Positions 22,600 to 36,200 of a DNA stretch of 64,000 bases are shown here, in pieces (within the stretch, counting starts at the first letter, position 1; the number at the start of each line of letters is the position of its first letter). The DNA comes from Anaerolineae bacterium. GTDB lineage: Bacteria; Chloroflexota; Anaerolineae; 4572-78. The stretch spans positions 3,526-67,525 of the forward strand of contig CBDAUV010000022.1 in the NCBI GenBank assembly GCA_965199695.1, read 5' to 3'. Under the pieces are notes generated by a model that had not been told where the DNA came from, did not search any database, and saw nothing but the letters and a program-made list of their open reading frames with translations. The position numbers and the translations under genes are program-made.

Positions 22600-25500
22600 A
22601 GTTGCGACACGCGCCAAGCTGGGCTAACTAGCAATCCGACTGGTTAGCATAGTGTGACATTTTGCGCAGCTCCGAAACTTTGCATGTGGACTCGGACCGA
22701 CCCCGGGAGTGCTTTGGTGCCATTAGTTTGCAAAGTTGCGACGTGCGCCAAGCTCGGCTAATTAGCAATCGGGCTGGTTAGCATAGTGTCACAATTTGCG
22801 CAGCTCCGAAACTTTGGATGTGGACCCGGACCGACCCCGGGAGTGCTTTGGTGCCATTAGTTTGCAAAGTTGCGACGCGCGCCAAGCTCGGCTAACTAGC
22901 AATCCGACTGGTTAGCATAGTGTGACATTTTGCGCAGCTCCGAAACTTTGCATGTGGACCCGGACCGACCCCGGGAGTGCTTTGGTGCCATTAGTTTGCA
23001 AAGTTGCGACGAACGCCAAGCTCGGCTAACAAGGCAGCCAGCCGGCCGCACCCGGACATCTGCCGGGCTAATTGGCATAGTGTGACATTTTTCGCTGCTC
23101 CGAAACTTTGCATGTGGACTCGGACCGACCCCGGGAGTACTTTGGTGCCATTAGTTTGCAAAGTTCCGACGCGCGCCAAGCTCGGCTAACGAGGCAGCCA
23201 GGCGGCCGCACCCGGGGATCGGCCGGGCTGGTTAGCATAGTGTGACAGTTTGCGCAGCTTCGAAACTTTGCATGTGGACTTGGACCGACCCCGGGAGTAC
23301 GTTGGTGCCATTAGTTTGCAAAGTTGCGACGCGCGCCAAGCTCGGCTAATGAGGCAGCCAGCCGGCCGCACCCGGGGATCTGCAGGCCTGGTTAGCACAG
23401 TGTGACATTTTGCGCAGCTCCGAAACTTTGCATATTTAACTCGGACCGACCCCAGGAGTGCTTTGGTGCCAATAGTTTGCAAAGTTGCGACGCGCGCCAA
23501 GCTCGGCTAACGAGGCAGCAAGCCGGCCGCACCCGGGGATCTGCCGAGCTGGTTAGCATAGTGTGACAGTTTGCGCAGCTTCGAAACTTTGCATGTGGAC
23601 TCGGACCGACCCCGGGAGTGCTTTGGTGCCATTAGTTTGCAAAGTTGCGACGCGCGCCAAGCTCGGCTAACTAGCAATCCGACTGGTTAGCATAGTGTGA
23701 CATTTTGCGCAGCTCCGAAACTTTGCATGTGGACCCGGACCGACCCCGGGAGTGCTTTGGTTCCATTAGTTTGAAAAGTTGCGACGCGCGCCAAGCTCGG
23801 CTAATTAGCAATCGGGCTGGTTAGCAAAGTATGACATTTTGCGCAGCTCCAAAACTTTGCATGTGGACCCGGACGACCCCGGGAGTGCTTTGGTGCCATT
23901 AGTTTGCAAAGTTGCAACGAGCGCCAAGCTCGGCTAACTAGCCAGCCAGCCGGCCACACCCGGGGATCTGCCGGGCTGGTTAGCATAGTGTGACATTTTG
24001 CGCAGCTCCGAAACTTTGCATGTGGACCCGGACCGACGCAGGTAGTGCTTTGGTGCCATTAGTTTGCAAAGTTGCGAGGCGCGCCAAGCTCGGCTAACTA
24101 GCCAGCCAGCGGCCACACCCGGGGATCTGCCGGGCTGGTTAGCATAGTATGACATTTTGCGCAGCTCCAAAACTTTGCATGTGGACCCGGACGACCCCGG
24201 GAGTGCTTTGGTGCCATTAGTTTGCAAAGTTGCAACGCGCGCCAAGCTCGGCTAACTAGCCAGCCAGCCGGCCACACCCAGGGATCTGCCGGGCTGGTTA
24301 GCATAGTGTGACATTTTGCGCAGCTCCGAAACTTTGCATGTGGACCCGGACCGACGCAGGTACTGCTTTGGTGCCATTAGTTTGCAAAGTTGCGACGCGC
24401 GCCAAGCTCGGCTAATTAGCAATCTGGCTGCTTAGCATAGTGTGACATTTTGCGCAGCTTCCAAACTTTGCATGTGGACTCGGACCGACCCCGGGAGTGC
24501 TTTGGTGCCATTAGTTTGCAAAGTTGCGACGCGCGCCAAGCTCGGCTAATTAGCAATCGGGCTAGTTAGCATAGTGTGACATTTTGCGCAGCTCCGAAAC
24601 TTTGCATGTGGACCCAGACCGAACCCAGGAGTGCTTTGGTGCCATTAGTTTGCAAATTTGCGAAGTACGCCAAGCTCTGCTAATTAGCAATCGGGCTGGT
24701 TAGCATAGTGTGACATTTTGCGCAGCTCCGAAACTTTGCATGTGGACCCGGACCGACCCCGGGAGTAGTTTGGTGCCATTAGTTTGCAAAGTTTTGACGC
24801 GCGCCAAGCTCGGCTAATTAGCAATCGGGCTGGTTAGCAGAGTGTGACATTTTGCGCAGCTCCGAAACTTTGCATGTGGACTCGGACCAACCCCGGGAGT
24901 GCTTTGGTGCCATTAGTTTGAAAAGTTGCGACGCGCGCCAAGCTCGGCTAACTAGCAATCCGACTGGTTAGCATAGTGTGACATTTTGCGCAGCTCCGAA
25001 ACTTTGCATGTGGACCCGGAACGACCCCGGGAGTGCTTTGGTGCCATTAGTTTGCAAAGTTGCGACGCGCGCGAAGCTCGGCTAATGAGGCAGCCAGCTG
25101 GCTGCACCCGGGCATCTGCCGGGCTGGTTGGCACAATGTGACATTTTTCGCTGCTCCGAAACTTTTCATGTGGACTCGGACCGACCCCGGGAGTGCTTTG
25201 GTGCCATTAGTTTGCAAAGTTGCGACGCCCGCCAAGCTTGGCTAATTAGCAATCGGGCTAGTTAGCATAGTGTGACATTTTGTGCAGCTCCAAAACTTTG
25301 CATGTGGACCCGGACCGACCCCGGGAGTGCTTTGGTGCCATTAGTTTGCAAAGTTGCGACGCGTGCCAAATTCGGCTAATTAGCAATCGGGCTGGTTAGC
25401 ATAGTGTGACATTTTGCGCAGCTCCGAAACTTTGCATGTGGACTCGGACCGACCCCGGGAGTGCTTTGGTGCCATTAGTTTGCAAAGTTGCGACGCGTGC

Positions 25501-26950
25501 CAAGCTCGGCTAATTAGCAATTGGGCCGGTTAGCATAGTGTGACATTTTGCGCAGCTCCGAAACTTTGCATGTGGACTCGGACCGACCCCGGGAGTGCTT
25601 TGGTGCCATTAGTTTGCAAAGTTGCGACGTGCGCCAAGCTCGGCTAAATAGCAATCGGGCTGGTTAGCATAGTGTCACAATTTGCGCAGCTCTGAAACTT
25701 TGCATATGGACCCGGACCGACCCAGGGAGTGCTTTGGTGCCATTAGTTTGCAAAGTTGCGACACGTGCCAAGCTCGGCTAACTAGCAATCCGACTGGTTA
25801 GCATAGTGTGACATTTTGCGCAGCTCCGAAACTTTGCATGTGGACCCGGACCGACCCCGGGAGTGCTTTGGTGCCATTAGTTTGCAAAGTTGCGACGCAC
25901 GCCAAGCTCGGCTAACAAGGCAGCCCGCCGGCCACACCCGGTCATCTGCCGGGCTAATTGGCATAGTGTGACATTTCTCGCTGCTCCGAAACTTTGCATG
26001 TGGACTCGGACCGACCCCGGGAGTGCTTTGGTGCCATTAGTTTGCAAAGTTGCGACGCGCGCCAAGCTCGGCTAATTAGCAATCGGGCTAGTTAGCATAG
26101 TGTGACATTTTGCGTAGCTCCAAAACTTTGCATGTGGACCCGGACCGAACCCAGGAGTGCTTTGGTGCCATTAGTTTGCAAATTTGCGAAGTACGCCAAG
26201 CTCGGCTTATTAGCAATCGGGCTGGTTAGCATAGTGTGACATTTTGCGCAACTCCGAAACTTTGCATGTGGACTCGGACCGACCCCGGGAGTGCTTTGGT
26301 TCCATTAGTTTGAAAAGTTGCGACGCGCGCCAAGCTCGGCTAATTAGCAATCGGGCTGGTTAGCATAGTATGACATTTTGCGCAGCTCCAAAACTTTGCA
26401 TGTGGACCCGGACGACCCCGGGAGTGCTTTGGTGCCATTAGTTTGCAAAGTTGCAACGCGCGCCAAGCTCGGCTAACTAGCCAGCCAGCCGCCACACCCG
26501 GGGATCTGCCGGGCTGGTTAGCATAGTGTGACATTTTGCGCAGCTCCGAAACTTTGCATGTGGACCCGGACCGACGCAGGTAGTGCTTTGGTGCCATTAG
26601 TTTGCAAAGTTGCGAGGCGCGCCAAGCTCGGCTAACTAGCCAGCCAGCGGCCGGACCCGGGGATCTGCCGGGCCACTTAGCATAGTGCGACATTTTGCCC
26701 AGCTGCGAAACTTTGCATGTGGATTCGGACCAACCCCGGGAGTGCTTTGATGCCATTAGTTTGCAAAGTTGCGACGCGCGCCAAGCTCGGCTAATTAGCA
26801 ATCTGGCTGCTTAGCATAGTGTGACATTTTGCGCAGCTCCCAAACTTTGCATGTGGACTCGGACCGACCCCGGGAGTGCTTTGGTGCCATTAGTTTGCAA
26901 AGTTGCGACGCGCGCCAAGCTCGGCTAATTAGCAATCGGGCTGGTTAGCA
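22600..26950. repeat. Block C, copy 2 (partner about 17750-21950)
   Basis: See copy 1. Relative to copy 1 it has about 2 extra long monomers near 24000-24320. It lacks exactly one 160-bp monomer at about 24790 (gcaaagtt|ttgacgcgcgcc) and lacks the hybrid linker of 21350. Confidence 0.85.
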
Positions 26951-27097
26951 TAGTGTGACATTTTGCGCAGCTCCGAAACTTTGCATGTGGACCCGGACCG
27001 ACCCCGGGAGTGCTTTGGTGCCATTAGTTTGCAAAGGTGCAAGCTCGGCTAACGAGGCAGCCAGCCGGCCGCACCCGGGGATCTGCCGGGCTAATTG
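26948..27097. repeat. 150-bp monomer: a long monomer with a 10-bp deletion of the CpG cluster
   Basis: gcatag is at 26948 and 27098. The sequence reads gcaaaggtgc|aagctcgg at 27040/27041, where intact relatives (22441, 54951) read gcaaaggtgcgacgcgcgccaagctcgg. Confidence 0.9.
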
Positions 27098-27499
27098 GCA
27101 TAGTGTGACATTTTTCGCTGCTCTGAAACTTTGCCTGTGGACTTGGACCGACCCCGGGAGTGCTTTGGTGCCATTAGTTTGCAAAGTTGCGACGCGTGCC
27201 AAGCTCGGCTAATTAGCAATCGGGCTAGTTAGCATAGTGTGACATTTTGCGTAGCTCCAAAACTTTGCATGTGGACCCTGACCGAACCCAGGAGTGCTTT
27301 AATGCCATTAGTTTGCAAATTTGCGAAGTACGCCAAGCTCTGCTAATTAGCAATCGGGCTGGTTAGCATAGTGTGATATTTTGCGCAGCTCCGTTACTTT
27401 GCATGTGGACCCGGACCGACCCCGGGAGTAGTTTCGTGCCATTAGTTTGCAAAGTTGCGACACGCGCCAAGCTCGGCTAATTAGCAATCGGGCTGGTTA
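26948..27499. repeat. 552-bp higher-order unit (150-bp deleted-long monomer + 3 short monomers)
   Basis: Landmarks are at 26948 and 27500 (150+3x134=552). The order is: deletion monomer; gcgtagctccaaaac/ccctgaccgaaccc/ctttaatgcc/gcaaatttgcgaagtacgcc monomer; ccgttac/gagtagtttcgtgcc monomer. Confidence 0.82.
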
Positions 27500-27699
27500 G
27501 CATAGTGTGACATTTTGCGCAGCTCCGAAACTTTGCATGTGGACCCGGACCGACCCCGGGAGTGCTTTTTGTGCCATTAGTTTGCAAAGGTGCAAGCTCG
27601 GCTAACGAGGCAGCCAGCCGGCCGCACCCGGGGATCTGCCGGGCTAATTGGCATAGTGTGACATTTTTCCGCTGCTCTGAAACTTTGCCTGTGGACTTG

Positions 27700-30600
27700 G
27701 ACCGACCCCGGGAGTGCTTTGGTGCCATTAGTTTGCAAAGATGCGACGCGCGCCAAGCTCGGCTAACGAGGCAGCCAGCCTGCCGCACCCGGGGATCTGC
27801 CGGGCTAATTGGCATAGTGTGACATTTTTCCGCTGCTCTGAAACTTTGCCTGTGGACTTGGACCGACCCCGGGAGTGCTTTGGTGCCATTAGTTTGCAAA
27901 GTTGCGACGCGCGCCAAGCTCGGCTAATTAGCAATCGGGCTAGTTAGCATAGTGTGACATTTTGCGTAGCTCCAAAACTTTGCATGTGGACCCGGACCGA
28001 ACCCAGGAGTGCTTTAATGCCATTAGTTTGCAAATTTGCGAAGTACGCCAAGCTCTGCTAATTAGCAATCGGGCTGGTTAGCATAGTGTGACATTTTGCG
28101 CAGCTCCGTTACTTTGCATGTGGACCCGGACCGACCCCGGGAGTAGTTTCGTGCCATTAGTTTGCAAAGTTGCGACACGCGCCAAGCTCGGCTAATTAGC
28201 AATCGGGCTGGTTAGCATAGTGTGACATTTTGCGCAGCTCCGAAACTTTGCATGTGGACCCGGACCGACCCCGGGAGTGCTTTAGTGCCATTAGTTTGGA
28301 AAGTTGCGACGCGCGCCAAGCTCGGCTAACGAGGCAGCCAGCCGGCCGCACCCGGGGATCTGCCGGGCTAATTGGCATAGTGTGACATTTTTCGCTGCTC
28401 TGAAACTTTGCCTGTGGACTTGGACCGACCCCGGGAGTGCTTTGGTGGCATTAGTTTGCAAAGTTGCAACGCGCGCCAAGCTCGGCTAACTAGCAATCCG
28501 ACTGGTTAGCATAGTGTGACGTTTTGCGCAGCTCCGAAACTTTGCATGTGGACCCGGACCGAACCCAGGAGTGCTTTGGTGCCATTAGTTTGCAAATTTG
28601 CAAAGTACGCCAAGCTCTGCTAATTAGCAATCGGGCTGGTTAGCATAGTGTGACATTTTGCGCAGCTCCGAAACTTTGCATGTGGACCCGGACCGACCCC
28701 GGGAGTAGTTTGGTGCCATTAGTTTGCAAAGTTGCGACACGCGCCAAGCTCGGCTAACGAGGCAGCCAGCCGGCCGCACCCGGGGATCGGCCGGGCTGGT
28801 TAGCATAGTGTGACATTTTGCGCAGCTCTGAAACTTTGCATGTGGACTCGGACCAACCACGGGAGTGCTTTGGTGCCATTAGTTTGCAAAGTTTTGACGC
28901 GCGCCAAGCTCGGCTAATTAGCAATCGGGCTGGTTAGCAGAGTGTGACATTTTGCGCAGCTCCGAAACTTTGCATGTGGACTCGGACCAACCCCGGGAGT
29001 GCTTTGGTGCCATTAGTTTGAAAAGTTGCGACGCGCGCCAAGCTCGGCTAACTAGCAATCCGACTGGTTAGCATAGTGTGACATTTTGCGCAGCTCCGAA
29101 ACTTTGCATGTGGACCCGGAACGACCCCGGGAGTGCTTTGGTGCCATTAGTTTGCAAAGTTGCGACGCGCGCGAAGCTCGGCTAATGAGGCAGCCAGCTG
29201 GCTGCACCCGGGCATCTGCCGGGCTGGTTGGCACAGTGTGACATTTTTCGCTGCTCTGAAACTTTTCATGTGGACTCGGACCGACCCCGGGAGTGCTTTG
29301 GTGCCATTAGTTTGCAAAGTTGCGACGCGCGCCAAGCTTGGCTAATTAGCAATCGGGCTAGTTAGCATAGTGTGACATTTTGTGCAGCTCCAAAACTTTG
29401 CATGTGGACCCGGACCGACCCCGGGAGTGCTTTGGTGCCATTAGTTTGCAAAGTTGCGACGCGTGCCAAGCTCGGCTAATTAGCAATCGGGCTGGTTAGC
29501 ATAGTGTGACATTTTGCGCAGCTCCGAAACTTTGCATGTGGACTCAGACCGACCCCGGGAGTGCTTTGGTGCCATTAGTTTGCAAAGTTGCGACGCGTGC
29601 CAAGCTCGGCTAATTAGCAATCGGGCCGGTTAGCATAGTGTGACATTTTGCGCAGCTCCGAAACTTTGCATGTGGACTCGGACCGACCCCGGGAGTGCTT
29701 TGGTGCCATTAGTTTGCAAAGTTGCGACGTGCGCCAAGCTCGGCTAAATAGCAATCGGGCTGGTTAGCATAGTGTCACAATTTGCGCAGCTCTGAAACTT
29801 TGCATATGGACCCGGACCGACCCAGGGAGTGTTTTGGTGCCATTAGTTTGCAAAGTTGCGACACGTGCCAAGCTCGGCTAACTAGCAATCCGACTGGTTA
29901 GCATAGTGTGACATTTTGCGCAGCTCCGAAACTTTGCATGTGGACCCGGACCGACCCCGGGAGTGCTTTGGTGCCATTAGTTTGCAAAGTTGCGACGCAC
30001 GCCAAGCTCGGCTAACAAGGCAGCCCGCCGGCCACACCCGGTCATCTGCCGGGCTAATTGGCATAGTGTGACATTTCTCGCTGCTCCGAAACTTTGCATG
30101 TGGACTCGGACCGACTCCGGGAGTGCTTTGGTGCCATTAGTTTGCAAAGTTGCGACGCGCGCCAAGCTCGGCTAATTAGCAATCAGGCTAGTTAGCATAG
30201 TGTGACATTTTGCGTAGCTCCAAAACTTTGCATGTGGACCCGGACCGAACCCAGGAGTGCTTTGGTGCCATTAGTTTGCAAATTTGCGAAGTACGCCAAG
30301 CTCGGCTTATTAGCAATCGGGCTGGTTAGCATAGTGTGACATTTTGCGCAACTCCGAAACTTTGCATGTGGACTCGGACCGACCCCGGGAGTGCTTTGGT
30401 GCCATTAGTTTGCAAAGTTGCGTCGCGCGCCAAGCTCGGCTAATTAGCAATCGGGCTGCTTAGTATAGTGTGACATTTTGCGCAGCTCTGAAACTTTGCA
30501 TGTGGACCCGGACCGACGCAGGTAGTGCTTTGGTGCCATTAGTTTGCGAAGTTGCGAGGCGCGCCAAGCTCGGCTAACTAGCCAGCCAGCCGGCCGCACC

Positions 30601-31338
30601 CGTGGATCTGCCGGGCCGCTTAGCATAGTGTGACATTTTGCGCAGCTCTGAAACTTTGTATGTGGATTCGGACCGAACCCGGGAGTGCTTTGATGCCATT
30701 AGTTTGCAAAGTTGCGACGCGCGCAAAGCTCGGCTAATTAGCAATCGGGCTGCTTAGCATAGTGTGACATTTTGCGCAGCTCCGAAACTTTGCATGTGGA
30801 CCTGGACCGACCCCGGGACTGCTTTGGTGCCATAAGTTTGCAAAGTTGCGACGCGCGCCAAACTCGGCTAACTAGCAAGCCAGCCGGCCGCACCCGGGGA
30901 TCTGCCGGGCTGCTTAGCATAGTGTGACATTTTGCGCAGCTCCGAAACTTTGCATGTGGACTCGGACCGACCCCGGGAGTGCTTTGGTGCCATTAGTTTG
31001 CAAAGTTGCGACGCGCGCCAAGCTCGGCTTATTAGCAATCGGGCTGGTTAGCATAGTGTGACATTTTGCGCAGCTCCGAAACTTTGCATGTGGACCTGGA
31101 CCAACCCCAGGATTGCTTTGGTGACATTAGTTTGCAAAGTTGCGACGTGCGCCAAGCTCGGCTAACGAGGCAACCAGCCGGCCGCACCCGGGCATCTACC
31201 GGGCTGGTTAGAATAGTGTGACATTTTGCGCAGCTCCCAAACTTTGCATGTGGACTCGGACCAACCCCGGGAGTGCTTTGGTGCCATTAGTTTGCAAAGA
31301 TGTAACGCGCGCCAACCTCGGCTAATTAGCAATCGGGC
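27700..31338. repeat. Block D, copy 1 (partners 33217-36856 and 55621-59418)
   Basis: Constant offset of 5517-5518 to copy 2 (27728/33245, 28196/33713, 28624/34141, 29052/34570, 29882/35400, 30444/35962, 30738/36256). Offset to copy 3 is 27921, then 28080. Homology with the 54.9-kb region extends upstream to about 26950 <-> 54860. Confidence 0.9.
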
Positions 31339-31930
31339 TGGTTAGCATAGTATGACATTTTGCGCAGCTCCAAAACTTTGCATGTGGACCCGGACGACCC
31401 CGGGAGTGCTTTGGTGCCATTAGTTTGCAAAGTTGCAACGCGCGCCAAGCTCGGCTAACTAGCCAGCCAGCCGGCCACACCCGGGGATCTGCCGGGCTGG
31501 TTAGCATAGTGTGACATTTTGCGCAGCTCCGAAACTTTGCATGTGGACCCGGACCGACGCAGGTAGTGCTTTGGTGCCATTAGTTTGCAAAGTTGCGAGG
31601 CGCGCCAAGCTCGGCTAACTAGCCAGCCAGCGGCCGGACCCGGGGATCTGCCGGGCCACTTAGCATAGTGCGACATTTTGGCCAGCTGCGAAACTTTGCA
31701 TGTGGATTCGGACCAACCCCGGGAGTGCTTTGATGCCATTAGTTTGCAAAGTTGCGACGCGCGCCAAGCTCGGCTAATTAGCAATCTGGCTGCTTAGCAT
31801 AGTGTGACATTTTGCGCAGCTCCCAAACTTTGCATGTGGACTCGGACCGACCCCGGGAGTGCTTTGGTGCCATTAGTTTGCAAAGTTGCGACGCGCGCCA
31901 AGCTCGGCTAATTAGCAATCGGGCTGGTTA

Positions 31931-32482
31931 GCATAGTGTGACATTTTGCGCAGCTCCGAAACTTTGCATGTGGACCCGGACCGACCCCGGGAGTGCTTTG
32001 GTGCCATTAGTTTGCAAAGGTGCAAGCTCGGCTAACGAGGCAGCCAGCCGGCCGCACCCGGGGATCTGCCGGGCTAATTGGCATAGTGTGACATTTTTCG
32101 CTGCTCTGAAACTTTGCCTGTGGACTTGGACCGACCCCGGGAGTGCTTTGGTGCCATTAGTTTGCAAAGTTGCGACGCGTGCCAAGCTCGGCTAATTAGC
32201 AATCGGGCTAGTTAGCATAGTGTGACATTTTGCGTAGCTCCAAAACTTTGCATGTGGACCCTGACCGAACCCAGGAGTGCTTTAATGCCATTAGTTTGCA
32301 AATTTGCGAAGTACACCAAGCTCTGCTAATTAGCAATCGGGCTGGTTAGCATAGTGTGATATTTTGCGCAGCTCCGTTACTTTGCATGTGGACCCGGACC
32401 GACCCCGGGAGTAGTTTCGTGCCATTAGTTTGCAAAGTTGCGACACGCGCCAAGCTCGGCTAATTAGCAATCGGGCTGGTTA
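31931..32482. repeat. 552-bp higher-order unit, tandem copy 1
   Basis: gcatag is at 31931, 32483 and 33035. ORF-track peptides 31928..32185 and 32480..32737 are near-identical. Confidence 0.88.
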
Positions 32483-33034
32483 GCATAGTGTGACATTTTG
32501 CGCAGCTCCGAAACTTTGCATGTGGACCCGGACCGACCCCGGGAGTGCTTTGGTGCCATTAGTTTGCAAAGGTGCAAGCTCGGCTAACGAGGCAGCCAGC
32601 CGGCCGCACCCGGGGATCTGCCGGGCTAATTGGCATAGTGTGACATTTTTCGCTGCTCTGAAACTTTGCCTGTGGACTTGGACCAACCCCGGGAGTGCTT
32701 TGGTGCCATTAGTTTGCAAAGTTGCGACGCGCGCCAAGCTCGGCTAATTAGCAATCGGGCTAGTTAGCATAGTGTGACATTTTGCGTAGCTCCAAAACTT
32801 TGCATGTGGACCCTGACCGAACCCAGGAGTGCTTTAATGCCATTAGTTTGCAAATTTGCGAAGTACGCCAAGCTCTGCTAATTAGCAATCGGGCTGGTTA
32901 GCATAGTGTGACATTTTGCGCAGCTCCGTTACTTTGCATGTGGACCCGGACCGACCCCGGGAGTAGTTTCGTGCCATTAGTTTGCAAAGTTGCGACACGC
33001 GCCAAGCTCGGCTAATTAGCAATCGGGCTGGTTA
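32483..33034. repeat. 552-bp higher-order unit, tandem copy 2
   Basis: As above. It differs from copy 1 by a few substitutions (e.g. gaccaaccccggg at about 32681-32693). Confidence 0.88.
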
Positions 33035-33216
33035 GCATAGTGTGACATTTTGCGCAGCTCCGAAACTTTGCATGTGGACCCGGACCGACCCCGGGAGTGC
33101 TTTAGTGCCATTAGTTTGCAAATTTGCGAAGTACGCCAAGCTCTGCTAATTAGGAATCGGGCTGGTTAGCATAGTGTGACATTTTGCGCAGCTCCGAAAC
33201 TTTGCATGTGGACCCG

Positions 33217-36200
33217 GACCGACCCCGGGAGTGCTTTGGTGCCATTAGTTTGCAAAGATGCGACGCGCGCCAAGCTCGGCTAACGAGGCAGCCAGCCTGC
33301 CGCACCCGGGGATCTGCCGGGCTAATTGGCATAGTGTGACATTTTTCCGCTGCTCTGAAACTTTGCCTGTGGACTTGGACCGACCCCGGGAGTGCTTTGG
33401 TGCCATTAGTTTGCAAAGTTGCGACGCGCGCCAAGCTCGGCTAATTAGCAATCGGGCTAGTTAGCATAGTGTGACATTTTGCGTAGCTCCAAAACTTTGC
33501 ATGTGGACCCGGACCGAACCCAGGAGTGCTTTAATGCCATTAGTTTGCAAATTTGCGAAGTACGCCAAGCTCTGCTAATTAGCAATCGGGCTGGTTAGCA
33601 TAGTGTGACATTTTGCGCAGCTCCGTTACTTTGCATGTGGACCCGGACCGACCCCGGGAGTAGTTTCGTGCCATTAGTTTGCAAAGTTGCGACACGCGCC
33701 AAGCTCGGCTAATTAGCAATCGGGCTGGTTAGCATAGTGTGACATTTTGCGCAGCTCCGAAACTTTGCATGTGGACCCGGACCGACCCCGGGAGTGCTTT
33801 AGTGCCATTAGTTTGGAAAGTTGCGACGCGCGCCAAGCTCGGCTAACGAGGCAGCCAGCCGGCCGCACCCGGGGATCTGCCGGGCTAATTGGCATAGTGT
33901 GACATTTTTCGCTGCTCTGAAACTTTGCCTGTGGACTTGGACCGACCCCGGGAGTGCTTTGGTGGCATTAGTTTGCAAAGTTGCAACGCGCGCCAAGCTC
34001 GGCTAACTAGCAATCCGACTGGTTAGCATAGTGTGACGTTTTGCGCAGCTCCGAAACTTTGCATGTGGACCCGGACCGAACCCAGGAGTGCTTTGGTGCC
34101 ATTAGTTTGCAAATTTGCAAAGTACGCCAAGCTCTGCTAATTAGCAATCGGGCTGGTTAGCATAGTGTGACATTTTGCGCAGCTCCGAAACTTTGCATGT
34201 GGACCCGGACCGACCCCGGGAGTAGTTTGGTGCCATTAGTTTGCAAAGTTGCGACACGCGCCAAGCTCGGCTAACGAGGCAGCCAGCCGGCCGCACCCGG
34301 GGATCGGCCGGGCTGGTTAGCATAGTGTGACATTTTGCGCAGCTCTGAAACTTTGCATGTGGACTCGGACCAACCACGGGAGTGCTTTGGTGCCATTAGT
34401 TTGCAAAGTTTTGACGCGCGCCAAGCTCGGCTAATTAGCAATCGGGCTGGTTAGCAGAGTGTGACATTTTGCGCAGCTCCGAAACTTTGCATGTGGACTC
34501 GGACCAACCCCTGGGGGTGCTTTGGTGCCATTAGTTTGAAAAGTTGCGACGCGCGCCAAGCTCGGCTAACTAGCAATCCGACTGGTTAGCATAGTGTGAC
34601 ATTTTGCGCAGCTCCGAAACTTTGCATGTGGACCCGGAACGACCCCGGGAGTGCTTTGGTGCCATTAGTTTGCAAAGTTGCGACGCGCGCGAAGCTCGGC
34701 TAATGAGGCAGCCAGCTGGCTGCACCCGGGCATCTGCCGGGCTGGTTGGCACAGTGTGACATTTTTCGCTGCTCCGAAACTTTTCATGTGGACTCGGACC
34801 GACCCCGGGAGTGCTTTGGTGCCATTAGTTTGCAAAGTTGCGACGCGCGCCAAGCTTGGCTAAGTAGCAATCGGGCTAGTTAGCATAGTGTGACATTTTG
34901 TGCAGCTCCAAAACTTTGCATGTGGACCTGGACCGACCCCGGGAGTGCTTTGGTGCCATTAGTTTGCAAAGTTGCGACGCGTGCCAAGCTCGGCTAATTA
35001 GCAATCGGGCTGGTTAGCATAGTGTGACATTTTGCGCAGCTCCGAAACTTTGCATGTGGACTCGGACCGACCCCGGGAGTGCTTTGGTGCCATTAGTTTG
35101 CAAAGTTGCGACGCGTGCCAAGCTCGGCTAATTAGCAATCGGGCCGGTTAGCATAGTGTGACATTTTGCGCAGCTCCGAAACTTTGCATGTGGACTCGGA
35201 CCGACCCCGGGAGTGCTTTGGTGCCATTAGTTTGCAAAGTTGCGACGTGCGCCAAGCTCGGCTAAATAGCAATCGGGCTGGTTAGCATAGTGTCACAATT
35301 TGCGCAGCTCTGAAACTTTGCATATGGACCCGGACCGACCCAGGGAGTGCTTTGGTGCCATTAGTTTGCAAAGTTGCGACACGTGCCAAGCTCGGCTAAC
35401 TAGCAATCCGACTGGTTAGCATAGTGTGACATTTTGCGCAGCTCCGAAACTTTGCATGTGGACCCGGACCGACCCCGGGAGTGCTTTGGTGCCATTAGTT
35501 TGCAAAGTTGCGACGCACGCCAAGCTCGGCTAACAAGGCAGCCCGCCGGCCACACCCGGTCATCTGCCGGGCTAATTGGCATAGTGTGACATTTCTCGCT
35601 GCTCCGAAACTTTGCATGTGGACTCGGACCGACCCCGGGAGTGCTTTGGTGCCATTAGTTTGCAAAGTTGCGACGCGCGCCAAGCTCGGCTAATTAGCAA
35701 TCAGGCTAGTTAGCATAGTGTGACATTTTGCGTAGCTCCAAAACTTTGCATGTGGACCCGGACCGAACCCAGGAGTGCTTTGGTGCCATTAGTTTGCAAA
35801 TTTGCGAAGTACGCCAAGCTCGGCTTATTAGCAATCGGGCTGGTTAGCATAGTGTGACATTTTGCGCAACTCCGCAACTTTGCATGTGGACTCGGACCGA
35901 CCCCGGGAGTGCTTTGGTGCCATTAGTTTGCAAAGTTGCGTCGCGCGCCAAGCTCGGCTAATTAGCAATCGGGCTGCTTAGTATAGTGTGACATTTTGCG
36001 CAGCTCTGAAACTTTGCATGTGGACCCGGACCGACGCAGGTAGTGCTTTGGTGCCATTAGTTTGCGAAGTTGCGAGGCGCGCCAAGCTCGGCTAACTAGC
36101 CAGCCAGCCGGCCGCACCCGTGGATCTGCCGGGCCGCTTAGCATAGTGTGACATTTTGCGCAGCTCTGAAACTTTGTATGTGGATTCGGACCGAACCCGG

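Noticed and set aside
26340-26801. The longest ORF in the window (153 aa, minus strand)
   Set aside because: It simply reads through three consecutive actagccagcc-type long monomers. The peptide is an internal triplication of the same ~50-aa string, and the length of this read-through varies among the paralogous copies (109 aa at 21475..21804 and 31455..31784).
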